A stretch of DNA of 64,000 bases from an uncultured Planctomycetia bacterium (GTDB lineage: Bacteria > Omnitrophota > Gorgyraeia > 2-02-FULL-51-18). Shown here piece by piece: positions 36,737-47,386 of this stretch (position 1 is the first letter of the stretch; the number at the start of each line of letters is the position of its first letter). The stretch covers positions 289,085-353,084 of the forward strand of contig CAZSGP010000001.1 in NCBI GenBank assembly GCA_964606485.1. Direction: 5' to 3'. Position numbers and translations under genes: made by a program. Under the pieces are notes generated by a model, which saw only the letters and a list, made by a program, of their open reading frames with translations, was not told the origin of the DNA and searched no databases.

Positions 36737-38030
36737 AAGAGCCACGAAACCCGTTTCGGGGGAATTGTCCTTTCCGGGAGATAAGTCTTTGTCGCACCGG
36801 GCGATAATTTTCGGTTCACTTTCCGAAGGTGTTTCTCATTTTACAAATGTGCTCACTTCCGAAGACTGCGAATGCACGCGCAAAGCGTTTGAGGCGATGG
36901 GAGTCTCAATTCATTCCCAAAATCCGTCCGAACTTGAAATCAAAGGTCTTGGGCTTCACTCGCTTAAAAAACCTGCCGAGCCGCTCTACTTAGGAAATTC
37001 CGGAACGTCGATGCGGATTTTATCAGGCATCCTGGCGGGACAAAAATTTGAAAGTGTTCTAACAGGCGACCCATCGCTTTCGTCGCGCCCCATGAAGCGC
37101 GTGACGAGTTACTTAAAACAGATGGGGGCTCGGATTGACGGGCGTGACGACGGAAATTTTGCGCCGCTTACGATTCATGGAGCGGCGCTCAAACCAATTT
37201 CGGTGAGCTTGGTCGTTTCGAGCGCTCAGGTGAAGTCAGCCATTTTACTTGCTGGGCTATACGCATCGGGAAAAACGTCGGTGTCGGAGCCTGAAAAATC
37301 CCGCGATCACACAGAGCTCTTTTTGAAATATTTTGGCGCCAAGATCGAAGAAAAAGGAACCCTGGTTTCGATGGAGGGCGGCCAAGCGCTCAAAGCGCAG
37401 AGCTTTTCGATTGCGGGGGATATTTCGAGTGCCGCGTTTTTTATGGCGATTGCGGCACTCTTACCGGGCGCTAAAATTCATTTTAAATCGGTGCTGTGGA
37501 ATCCCACCCGCGTGGGCGTTGTGGATGTGCTGCGCCGGATGGGTGCGAAGATCACCGTTGAAAAAGTGTACTCGGAGGGTCCTGAAGAAGTGGCGGATTT
37601 TTGGATAGAGTCGGGGCCTCTTAAAGCGTTTCGAATTGAAAAAGAAGAGCTCCCTCGTTTAATTGATGAAATTCCAATTCTAAGTATCTTGGCCTCTCAG
37701 GCGACGGGTGAGAGCGCGGTGCTCGATGCCGACGAACTGCGTGTTAAGGAGACGGACCGCATTGCCTCAATGGCCAAAGGTTTGAAAGCGATGGGAGCAA
37801 ATGTTCGGGTGGAGGGAAATTCCATGTTTATCAAAGGCCCCACCAAGCTCGTGGGCGCGGAAATAGACTCCTTTAAGGATCACCGCACGGCCATGTCGTT
37901 TATTGTGGCGGGTCTTGTGGCCGATGGGAAGACGGTGGTCAAGGACTTGGACTGCATCAACACGTCTTTTCCCAATTTCTTTGAACTTTTGAAGAAAGTC
38001 GGGGTGGATTATCGAATTGACAGCGTTTAA
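36711..38030 (+). CDS. aroA: 3-phosphoshikimate 1-carboxyvinyltransferase
   Basis: LGNSGTSMRIL. Full-length EPSP synthase. TTG start. Confidence 0.95.
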   Translation: MNLKKVEVKRATKPVSGELSFPGDKSLSHRAIIFGSLSEGVSHFTNVLTSEDCECTRKAFEAMGVSIHSQNPSELEIKGLGLHSLKKPAEPLYLGNSGTSMRILSGILAGQKFESVLTGDPSLSSRPMKRVTSYLKQMGARIDGRDDGNFAPLTIHGAALKPISVSLVVSSAQVKSAILLAGLYASGKTSVSEPEKSRDHTELFLKYFGAKIEEKGTLVSMEGGQALKAQSFSIAGDISSAAFFMAIAALLPGAKIHFKSVLWNPTRVGVVDVLRRMGAKITVEKVYSEGPEEVADFWIESGPLKAFRIEKEELPRLIDEIPILSILASQATGESAVLDADELRVKETDRIASMAKGLKAMGANVRVEGNSMFIKGPTKLVGAEIDSFKDHRTAMSFIVAGLVADGKTVVKDLDCINTSFPNFFELLKKVGVDYRIDSV

Positions 38031-38062
38031 AAATCACTGTTATAATGCCGCCTTCGACTTAA

Positions 38063-39151
<1,089 letters not shown>

Positions 39152-39172
39152 CGATTTGAATTTAGCCCCAGT

Positions 39173-39952
39173 GTGCTAAGGCCAGCGCGCATTTTTTTTG
39201 GCGTTATTGTTGTTACAGCGGTTTTAGCCGCAGTCCCTCTGTCCCAATCCGTAGAATTAAAAGCCCGGATCTATTCTTTGCTCAAAGGACCTCTTTCTTT
39301 TTCGGCCACCATTTCCGGGCGCGCTATGGACCTGTTTGCTTTTGCCCAAAATGCGGATCGTGCTAGAGAGATGGAGCGTGTTTCCTCAAAAAAGGTGATT
39401 GCCCAGTTTGACGCCCAACAGCTTTCGATTGAAAATGAACGTCTCACCCGACTTCTATCTTTAAAAAAGCAAATTGCTTCCGGAGATCGGAACGTTATTT
39501 TTTCGCGTGTGATCGGGCGTTCTGCTGCTTCCTGGAACCGGGCCTGTCTAATTGATAAAGGATTTAAGCAGGGCGTTCGGGTAAACATGGCGGTGCTGTC
39601 AGAGTATTCTTTAGTCGGAAAAATTGTGGAATGTGGACCGTCGGTCTCAAAAGTGCTTTTTGTCACGGACCCGAACTCTAAAATTGGGGTGGTGGTCGGC
39701 CGCACGCGTCAGCACGGCGTGTTGTATGGAACGTCTGGCGGCCAATGCCGGGTGAAATATTTGTCCATCGAACAAGAAATTAAGCCAGGGGATGAGGTTT
39801 TGACCGCGGGTTTTGGAAATGTGTTTCCCAAGGGCCTAAAGATCGGCGTACTTACGCGGGCGTGGAAAGAGCCGGGGCAAATTTATCAAGTTGCGGAATT
39901 AAAGCCCGCCACAGACTTTAGCACGATCGAAGAGGTGGCCTGTGTTCAGTAG
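39173..39952 (+). CDS. mreC: Rod shape-determining protein MreC
   Basis: N-terminal transmembrane helix, coiled coil and beta-domain. Position after mreB. Confidence 0.8.
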   Translation: MLRPARIFFGVIVVTAVLAAVPLSQSVELKARIYSLLKGPLSFSATISGRAMDLFAFAQNADRAREMERVSSKKVIAQFDAQQLSIENERLTRLLSLKKQIASGDRNVIFSRVIGRSAASWNRACLIDKGFKQGVRVNMAVLSEYSLVGKIVECGPSVSKVLFVTDPNSKIGVVVGRTRQHGVLYGTSGGQCRVKYLSIEQEIKPGDEVLTAGFGNVFPKGLKIGVLTRAWKEPGQIYQVAELKPATDFSTIEEVACVQ

Positions 39953-40322
39953 TCAAAAAATAAAAATATTTTTTTGGTTGTTTGCGGCTTATTTTTTACA
40001 AAATAGTCTCAATTTTGTACTACCCTTTAAAATCATTTTTTTAGTGACGATTTGTGTGGTCCTGGGAGCAATTCAGGAGGGGCCTGGGTTCGGAGCGTTG
40101 CTCGGAGCTTTGGCGGGACTATTGCTCGACTTGTACGGAGTGGGGCGGCTAGGGCCTTGGATATTTGTATTATCGATCACGGGACTTACGACGGGGATGG
40201 CCTCTCGAAAGCTTTTTAAAGACAGTTTTCTCACGCGCTTTTCCTTGAGTATGCTTGGAATTTTTTTAAGTCATTTTTTAAGCATCACCCTCTTTCATGG
40301 CCACGAGCTTTTCGGCTTCTAG
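39942..40322 (+). CDS. mreD: Rod shape-determining protein MreD
   Basis: Small polytopic protein between mreC and mrdA. Confidence 0.6.
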   Translation: MFSSQKIKIFFWLFAAYFLQNSLNFVLPFKIIFLVTICVVLGAIQEGPGFGALLGALAGLLLDLYGVGRLGPWIFVLSITGLTTGMASRKLFKDSFLTRFSLSMLGIFLSHFLSITLFHGHELFGF

Positions 40323-42039
40323 GGCGAAGCATCTGTGGATTTTCGCGCTGGTGGGCCTTTGCGCGCTTTTAATAAATCTTTACCGCATGCAGGTTCTGCG
40401 TGGGGATTATTACCGATCACTTTCTGAAAAAAATAGACTGCGCGCGATTTTTTTAGAAGGGCCGCGCGGCGTCATTACTGATCGCAATGGAAAGATTCTT
40501 GCTCAAAATCGTCTTAGTTTTAACTGCTCCGCAATGGTGCGCGAAGCGAAGAAAACATTTCCAAAAACAAGCCAGGTTTTAGCTCCGCTACTGGACGTCC
40601 AGCCGGAAGAGTTGCAGAAAAATTTTAAAAAACGCAAACCCGGAATTTATAACAGCGTTCTACTGGCTGAAGATATTTCTTTAGAGCAAGCCGTTCAAAT
40701 CGAAGAACTTTCCGATCGAATGCCGGGCGTGATGGTGGAAACGCGGCCACGCAGGGAATACCCTTTAGCCGAAGCAACGGCGCATCTTTTGGGTTTTATT
40801 GGGCCGCTCAACCGCGATGAGATTGACGAGCTTGAAGATTTTGGCTATCGCGCTCAGGACTGGGTGGGTCGGGACGGTGTCGAAAAAAGTTATGAGAGTT
40901 ATTTGCGCGGCCGGTCGGGCGGCGTGCAAATGGAAGTGGATTCTCGCGGCAAGCCCGTCCGCACACTGGGCGTTCAGGAGCCTCAAGAAGGTAAGCCGCT
41001 CATGTTGACCGTGGATGCGCGTCTTCAAAAATTTGTGCAGAATTTACTAGAAGGCCAGCGTGGTGCGGTGATGGTGATGGAATTGGAAGAGGGCGGAATT
41101 TTATCGATCAATAGCTCGCCGTCATTTGACTCCAACTTATTTGCCTCTGAGCGCGGCCGAAAAGATGTGGGGCAGTACTTGACCGATAGTTCGGCTCCGA
41201 TGGTGGATCGCGCGGTGCGGGGCCAGTACCCGCCGGGATCCATTTTTAAAATTATTACGGCGCTTGCGGCCATTGATAAAGGTCGCGTGACCGCGGACAC
41301 TACATTTAATTGCGCGGGATATTCGATGTTTGGCGGAATTCGTTTCGGATGCTGGAACGAAAAAGGCCACGGGCCGCAAAGCATGACCGAAGGGTTTTCT
41401 CATTCTTGCAACGTGTATTTTTTTAATGTTGGGCTTTTGGCGGGCGTGGACGCGATTGTTGAAAAAGCATTTTTATTTGGATTTAGCCGTTTGACGCAAA
41501 TTGATTTGCCCGGAGAAAAGCCCGGGTTTGTGCCCTCCAAGGAATGGAAGCGAAAAACGCGCAAGGAAGGTTGGTATGAAGGGGAGACGGCGAATCTTTC
41601 GATCGGCCAGGGTTATTTGCAAGTCACTCCAGTACAAGCGCTCGTGATGATTGCTGCTGCGGCAACCGAGGGCGATGTGATTTTACCTCACGTCATTTTG
41701 AAAATAGGCGACGTAAAAGTTTCCGAAAAACGCGCAAAGCGCGTGGCCGTCAAAGAAGGTTCTTGGAAAATGGTGCGCGATGGGCTCGACGCAGTTGTGA
41801 ACTCCGACACCGGTACCGGCCGCTTGTCTAAAGTGCCGGGGCTTCACATTGCCGGAAAAACAGGGACCGCCCAGTCCGGACAAGACAAAACGCATGCCTG
41901 GTTTGTGGGTTTTGCGCCGTTCGACCGGCCAAAAGTGGCGGTCGTGGTCTTTTTGGAAAATGGCGGCCGCGGAGGAGTGGCTGCCGCAAGATTAGCGTCC
42001 GCCGTTTTTGGTCAGCTGAAGGAAATGGCTTACGTATAA
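40297..42039 (+). CDS. mrdA: Penicillin-binding protein 2 (elongasome transpeptidase)
   Basis: SIFK (SxxK), SCN (SxN) and KTGT motifs. N-terminal transmembrane helix plus dimerisation domain. Confidence 0.9.
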   Translation: MATSFSASRAKHLWIFALVGLCALLINLYRMQVLRGDYYRSLSEKNRLRAIFLEGPRGVITDRNGKILAQNRLSFNCSAMVREAKKTFPKTSQVLAPLLDVQPEELQKNFKKRKPGIYNSVLLAEDISLEQAVQIEELSDRMPGVMVETRPRREYPLAEATAHLLGFIGPLNRDEIDELEDFGYRAQDWVGRDGVEKSYESYLRGRSGGVQMEVDSRGKPVRTLGVQEPQEGKPLMLTVDARLQKFVQNLLEGQRGAVMVMELEEGGILSINSSPSFDSNLFASERGRKDVGQYLTDSSAPMVDRAVRGQYPPGSIFKIITALAAIDKGRVTADTTFNCAGYSMFGGIRFGCWNEKGHGPQSMTEGFSHSCNVYFFNVGLLAGVDAIVEKAFLFGFSRLTQIDLPGEKPGFVPSKEWKRKTRKEGWYEGETANLSIGQGYLQVTPVQALVMIAAAATEGDVILPHVILKIGDVKVSEKRAKRVAVKEGSWKMVRDGLDAVVNSDTGTGRLSKVPGLHIAGKTGTAQSGQDKTHAWFVGFAPFDRPKVAVVVFLENGGRGGVAAARLASAVFGQLKEMAYV

Positions 42040-42041
42040 AT

Positions 42042-43136
42042 ATGCGAAAAAAATTTAATTTTAGAAATTTTGATAGAACCCTATTTCTCTTGCCGATTCT
42101 TATTTTTTTAATCGGCTTAGCGAGTATTTACAGCGCCTCATTTCGCGTGGGGCAGCCCTTAGATCAAAGTTTAGCGGTGCGCCAGATTTTATGGATGGGG
42201 ATTGGGGTTTTGCTTGTTTTCCTTACGGTGCGCGTGGATTATTTCAGGCTTCAAGATTGGGCTTGGCCGCTTTATTTTGCGAGCCTTTTCTTTTTAGTTG
42301 TTGTTCTTTTTATGCCCAGCCGCCTAGGGGCGCATCGCTGGATTCAAGTCGGTGGCTTTAATTTCCAGCCGTCCGAGTTTGCGAAGCTAACCTGCATTTT
42401 TGTGCTCAGCAGTTTTTTCTCCAATAACCGTATTGAAAATATCTCGCGAGCTAAAATGTGCGTCCCGTTCATTGTGGTTGGCGTCCCATTTTTGCTGATT
42501 TTAAAAGAGCCTGATTTGGGGACAGGGCTTTTACTGATCCCCATTTTATTTTCGATGCTTTATCTGTGGGGATTTAAAAAGAGATATTTGTTTGCACTTT
42601 TTCTCGTGGCATTGGTTTCCACTCCTATCCTTTTCCATTTTTTAAAAGACTATCAGAAATCGCGGCTACTTGTTTTTATTAACCCCAACGCGGACCCCCT
42701 GGGAACGGGGTATACGATTATTCAATCCAAGATCGCCATCGGCTCCGGAGGTCTCTTTGGAAAAGGCTTTATGGGGGGGACTCAAAATCAGCTTAATTTT
42801 ATCCCTGAGCGGCACACGGATTTTATCTTTCCCGTCATCGCCGAAGAGGGCGGACTTTTTGTTTCATTAATTGTTATGGTTTTGTTTGGATGGATGATTA
42901 AGAAGGGGTTTAAAATTGCCTCCCAGACTCCCGACCGTTTTGGGTCGGAACTTGCCTGCGGAATTTCCGTTTTTCTTGCCTGCCAGATCATCATGAATCT
43001 GGGTATGACGATGGGCCTCTTGCCAGTGGTAGGGGTGCCGCTTCCACTTGTCAGCTACGGGGGGACGTCTGTGGTGATTACCATGCTTTCCGTAGGCCTT
43101 CTTTTAAATATAAAGATGCATAGGCCTATATTCTAA
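42042..43136 (+). CDS. rodA: Peptidoglycan glycosyltransferase RodA (SEDS family)
   Basis: FtsW/RodA/SpoVE-family polytopic protein following mrdA. Confidence 0.9.
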   Translation: MRKKFNFRNFDRTLFLLPILIFLIGLASIYSASFRVGQPLDQSLAVRQILWMGIGVLLVFLTVRVDYFRLQDWAWPLYFASLFFLVVVLFMPSRLGAHRWIQVGGFNFQPSEFAKLTCIFVLSSFFSNNRIENISRAKMCVPFIVVGVPFLLILKEPDLGTGLLLIPILFSMLYLWGFKKRYLFALFLVALVSTPILFHFLKDYQKSRLLVFINPNADPLGTGYTIIQSKIAIGSGGLFGKGFMGGTQNQLNFIPERHTDFIFPVIAEEGGLFVSLIVMVLFGWMIKKGFKIASQTPDRFGSELACGISVFLACQIIMNLGMTMGLLPVVGVPLPLVSYGGTSVVITMLSVGLLLNIKMHRPIF

Positions 43137-43208
43137 TAAATATTTAAGCATCCTTGACTAATAATAATTCATAATATATACTTCTTATCAATAGAGGACA
43201 AAAATATC

Positions 43209-44105
43209 ATGTCAACATTTGATAAGCTTTCAGTTATGCCCACAAAGTTAAGGTATAAAATTTTAACGGCTTTTTGTTTGATGTCTCTCGTTCCGATCCT
43301 GGTCGGTCTCTACGTGGCGTCTCTTTTTGTGAAATTTCCATTTCTCGTGACTCCTCAAAATTTAATGACGATTTCTGCGGTGATGCTGTTTAGTCTCGTG
43401 CTATCGATTCTGGGTTATATCGTTACCCAGCAGCTAGTGGGTCCCATTGTGAACGCGGCGCTAGCGGCGCGACAAATTGCTTCGGGCCGCGTCGAATCGA
43501 TGAAAGAAATTAAAATTGAAAAAGGCGCCGATGAGCTAGAGGATTTGTCTAGAAGCCTTCAGATTATTTCAAGCAACGCTAAAGCGCTGATCAACGAGGT
43601 CGAAAAGCTTTCGCTACGCGACCGGCTGACCGGTCTTTATAATTTGTCGTATATTCGGGAGCGTCTAGGAGAGGAGATTCAGCGGGCGTACCATTTCCAG
43701 AAGCCATGTGCGTTCAGTTGTATCGCTGTGGAAAATCTTCAAGCTTACCGTGTTAAATATGGGGAAGCTGCTGCGGATGAGATTCTTAAAAAAATAGCGG
43801 GCATTATTCGGAAACATCTAGAAGTTTTCCAGCCCGCCGCTAAAATTTCAGATGATGACTTTGCGCTGATTTTGGCAGGGGCCAATTCCAAAAAAGCAGT
43901 GGAGGTTGCGGAGCTTATTCAAAGAGAAGTGGATGGGCTTCCTCAGGTCCAAACGGAACGTTCAGAAAATTTAAAAATCGGTTTAAGTGTGGGTGTTAGC
44001 GCAAACCCCATTGATGGGAATAATGCGGACGAACTATTTCTAAAGGCGCAAGTTCGGATGAAGACTGCTCGCTCTAAGGGCAGAAACGCAATAGAAGCTT
44101 TTTAG
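43209..44105 (+). CDS. Membrane-anchored GGDEF-domain protein with a degenerate active site (SDDDF in place of GG[D/E]EF)
   Basis: Two N-terminal transmembrane helices. RDRLTGLYNLSY and RSKGRNA flank the degenerate motif KISDDDFALIL. No RxxD I-site. Confidence 0.75.
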   Translation: MSTFDKLSVMPTKLRYKILTAFCLMSLVPILVGLYVASLFVKFPFLVTPQNLMTISAVMLFSLVLSILGYIVTQQLVGPIVNAALAARQIASGRVESMKEIKIEKGADELEDLSRSLQIISSNAKALINEVEKLSLRDRLTGLYNLSYIRERLGEEIQRAYHFQKPCAFSCIAVENLQAYRVKYGEAAADEILKKIAGIIRKHLEVFQPAAKISDDDFALILAGANSKKAVEVAELIQREVDGLPQVQTERSENLKIGLSVGVSANPIDGNNADELFLKAQVRMKTARSKGRNAIEAF

Positions 44106-44117
44106 GAGACCTGAGAA

Positions 44118-45194
44118 ATGGCGACAAAATTTGCATCAATGACGGAACTTCTCCGATACACGCTTTCGAAACGCGCGTCGGACGTGCATATCGGCGAAAA
44201 TATGGCTCCCATGATGCGGGTAGACTCGGAGCTTGTGCAGATTGAAGACGCGACGGTTTACACTAAAGATGAAATTATGAAATTCATCATGGAGTTTTTA
44301 AGTGAAGAGCGTTTCAAAGTGTTTGAGCAGGAGCGAGAGCTTGATTATTCGTTCGGCATCAAAGACCTTGGACGCTTTCGCGCGAACCTTTATTTTCACA
44401 AAGGTTCGATTGGGGCCGCTGTCCGCGCGCTGCCGTTCGTGCCGATGAATTTTGAAAAAATTGGTTTTCCAGCCGCAGTTGCCGAAAACTTGGCATGCAA
44501 GCCTTCGGGTATGGTTTTGGTTTGCGGGGCAACCGGCTCCGGTAAAACGACGACGCTTGCTGCGATGATTGATTACATCAATCAAACGGACCCAGTTCAT
44601 ATCGTGACCATGGAAGATCCGATTGAATTTGTTTTTCAAGACAAGCGGGCGGTAATTTCTCAGCGCGAAGTGGGTTCGGACACGCACTCGTTTAACCAGT
44701 CATTGAAACATGTGCTGCGCCAAGATCCGGACGTGATACTCGTGGGTGAGCTGCGCGACTTGGAGACCATTGAAATGGCCATGACGGCGGCTGAAACGGG
44801 TCACTTGGTTTTTGCAACCCTTCACACGCCGGACGCGGTGCAGTCCATTAATCGTATCATTGACGTTTTTCCGGCGCATCAACAACAGCAGGTGCGCGTT
44901 CAGTTGTCGTTCGTCATTCAGGCCGTCATTTGTCAGCAGCTCATTCCTCGCGTGGGCGGCGGGTTGTCGCTGGCTCCAGAAATCATGATTGCGACGCCGG
45001 CTATTCGCACACTGATCCGCGATTCGAAGTCTCATCAGATTTATTCTTCGATTCAGATGGGTCAAAAAGAAGGCATGAGAACGATGAATATGAGTTTAGC
45101 AGAGCTTGTGAAGGCGAACCGGATTACAAGGGAAGACGCGTACAATCGCTCCAATGATATTCCGGAACTAGAAAGGTTAATTAATAATCGGTAG
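44118..45194 (+). CDS. pilT: Type IV pilus retraction ATPase PilT
   Basis: GATGSGKTTT Walker A. PilT-length protein (358 aa) lacking the GspE N-domain. Confidence 0.9.
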   Translation: MATKFASMTELLRYTLSKRASDVHIGENMAPMMRVDSELVQIEDATVYTKDEIMKFIMEFLSEERFKVFEQERELDYSFGIKDLGRFRANLYFHKGSIGAAVRALPFVPMNFEKIGFPAAVAENLACKPSGMVLVCGATGSGKTTTLAAMIDYINQTDPVHIVTMEDPIEFVFQDKRAVISQREVGSDTHSFNQSLKHVLRQDPDVILVGELRDLETIEMAMTAAETGHLVFATLHTPDAVQSINRIIDVFPAHQQQQVRVQLSFVIQAVICQQLIPRVGGGLSLAPEIMIATPAIRTLIRDSKSHQIYSSIQMGQKEGMRTMNMSLAELVKANRITREDAYNRSNDIPELERLINNR

Positions 45195-45199
45195 AGACA

Positions 45200-45640
45200 A
45201 TGCCACCTAGAAAAGTTATTCAAAAAAATTTAGGTCAAATCTTGATGGATTCCAAAATCATCACCCAAGAGCAATTGGACAATGCTCTTAAAACGCAGGA
45301 TGAGAAGGGTGGTCTGATCGGACAAATTTTGGTCTCGTTTGGGTTTACGACAGAAGATGCGATTGCCCGTGCGCTGACGGCGCAGTATGGTTTCCCGTAC
45401 ATGCCGCTTGCCGGTTATGAAATGGATGCGCAGGTGGTGAAGCTGATTCCTGAAAACGTCGCCCAACAGTACGAAATCGTGGCGGTGGACCGGATGGGCA
45501 ATGTTTTGACCGTGGCCATGTCTAATCCGCTGAATTATCAGGCCATCGAAGACATTGAAATGCTTACGAAATGCCGCATTCAAACTTTTGTTTCCACTTC
45601 GACAGATATTAAGGAAGCAATCGCAAAGTATTATAAATAG
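45200..45640 (+). CDS. Standalone GspE/MshE N-terminal (MshEN) domain protein, a putative c-di-GMP receptor
   Basis: Two copies of the MshEN-type motif: LGQILMDSKIITQEQLDNALKTQ and IGQILVSFGFTTEDAIARALTAQ. No ATPase domain. Confidence 0.75.
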   Translation: MPPRKVIQKNLGQILMDSKIITQEQLDNALKTQDEKGGLIGQILVSFGFTTEDAIARALTAQYGFPYMPLAGYEMDAQVVKLIPENVAQQYEIVAVDRMGNVLTVAMSNPLNYQAIEDIEMLTKCRIQTFVSTSTDIKEAIAKYYK

Positions 45641-45649
45641 AGGTTTCCA

Positions 45650-47386
45650 ATGCCTTCGATTTCGAAAGAAAAAATTGGCCAGCTGCTGGTTGAAAATAAT
45701 TTCATCACCCAGGAAAAATTAAACGAAGCGCTGGAACTGCAAAAGCAGAAAAAAGAAAATCTGGCGGACATTCTGATTCGCCTGGGCTATATTTCCCGCG
45801 ACAATTTGATGGAAGTGCTCAGTATTGAGCTCGGTATTCCGGCCATCCATCTTTCGAAATATAAAATCACGCCCGAAATTCTTCAGGGTATTCCGAAACG
45901 CATGGCTGAAAACCATTGCATGATGCCTATCTCGCGATTTGGGAACACCATCACCGTTGCCATGGCCGACCCGATGAATGTGATGGCGATCGATGACATT
46001 AAGCGGTTGACCAAAATGGAAGTGAGGCCGGTGCTCGCAAACGAGCTCGACATCAAACAATCGATCGAACAATACTACGGTGTTGGAACAGGGATTGGCG
46101 CAACGGCGACGGGGATTGCGGTTAAAGCCGGGAAAATGGCGGTGGAAGCGGCAGCGCCCGAGCCGGCAGCCAGCGTTTCGGAGTCGCTTTCTGCGCTCGA
46201 TAATGAACCGGTTGTGAAACTGACCAACTCCATTATTGTGGACGGTGTGCTCAGGCGTTCGAGCGATATTTTTATCGAGCCCGAAGAAGCAAGTATGCGC
46301 GTGCGTTACCGCGTCGACGGACTTCTGCAGGAAGGTGTGACGGACGCGAAAGTCATGCATTTGGGAGTGGTTTCAAGAATCAAAGTCATGTCAAAGCTCG
46401 ACATTGCCGAGCACCGTGTTCCTCAAGATGGTCGGTTTAAGGCGAAAGTAAAAGACAAGGAAGTGGATTTCCGTGTTTCGGTTTTGCCAACTTATTTTGG
46501 CGAAAAAATTGTTTTGCGCGTGCTAGATAAGCAATCTTCGGTTCTCGATTTAGAAAAATCTGGATTTGAGCCGGAGCCACTCGCGGCGATCAAAAAAGCT
46601 TCAGAGCATCCACACGGCATGATTGCCATCTGCGGCCCGACGGGTTCTGGAAAAACAACAACACTTTACTCCACCTTAAAATTAATTGATAAGCCTGAAA
46701 CCAATATTGTGACCGTTGAAGACCCGGTCGAATTTCAATTGCCCGGAATCAATCAGGTGGCGGTCCGCTCCGAAGTGAAGCTGACGTTTGCCGCGGCGCT
46801 CCGGTCGATTTTACGCCAAGACCCAGATGTCATCATGGTGGGTGAAATCCGCGATTCTGAAACAGCGGACGTGGCGGTCAAGGCGGCCTTAACGGGACAT
46901 TTGGTTTTGAGCACGCTTCACGCGACCACGGCACCCGGAGCGATTACGCGTCTTGTGAATATGGGCATCGAGCCGTTTCTGATAACGTCAAGCTTGCTGC
47001 TCGCCGGTTCACAGAGACTCGTTCGAAAAGTGTGTGAGAAATGCAAAGAGGGCTACGAGCCTTCCAATGAACTCATTCAACAGCTTGGAATGACCGAAAA
47101 ACAAATCGCCGGAAAAAAATTAGTGTTTTACCGCGGTAAAGGGTGCGATGCCTGTAAAAATAAAGGCTACTCTGGTCGCGCGGTGCTGCTTGAAACGCTC
47201 ACAATTTCTCAGGCCGTCAAAGCGCTGATCTTGAAGGGCGCTCCCGAATACCAACTCAAAGTTCAAGGCCGCAAGGAAGGGATGCTCACCCTCCGGGAAA
47301 ATGGAAACGCTAAAATTTTACAAGGTATCACGACTCCCGAAGAGGTTATGCGCGTGACGGTTCGAGACACGGAAGGCAAGGCATGA
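45650..47386 (+). CDS. pilB: PilB/GspE-family extension ATPase (paralogue 1) with an N-terminal MshEN-like domain
   Basis: GPTGSGKTTT. N-terminal IGQLLVENNFITQEKLNEALELQ. C-terminal Cys4 (CEKCKEGY...CDACKNKGYSGR). Confidence 0.9.
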   Translation: MPSISKEKIGQLLVENNFITQEKLNEALELQKQKKENLADILIRLGYISRDNLMEVLSIELGIPAIHLSKYKITPEILQGIPKRMAENHCMMPISRFGNTITVAMADPMNVMAIDDIKRLTKMEVRPVLANELDIKQSIEQYYGVGTGIGATATGIAVKAGKMAVEAAAPEPAASVSESLSALDNEPVVKLTNSIIVDGVLRRSSDIFIEPEEASMRVRYRVDGLLQEGVTDAKVMHLGVVSRIKVMSKLDIAEHRVPQDGRFKAKVKDKEVDFRVSVLPTYFGEKIVLRVLDKQSSVLDLEKSGFEPEPLAAIKKASEHPHGMIAICGPTGSGKTTTLYSTLKLIDKPETNIVTVEDPVEFQLPGINQVAVRSEVKLTFAAALRSILRQDPDVIMVGEIRDSETADVAVKAALTGHLVLSTLHATTAPGAITRLVNMGIEPFLITSSLLLAGSQRLVRKVCEKCKEGYEPSNELIQQLGMTEKQIAGKKLVFYRGKGCDACKNKGYSGRAVLLETLTISQAVKALILKGAPEYQLKVQGRKEGMLTLRENGNAKILQGITTPEEVMRVTVRDTEGKA

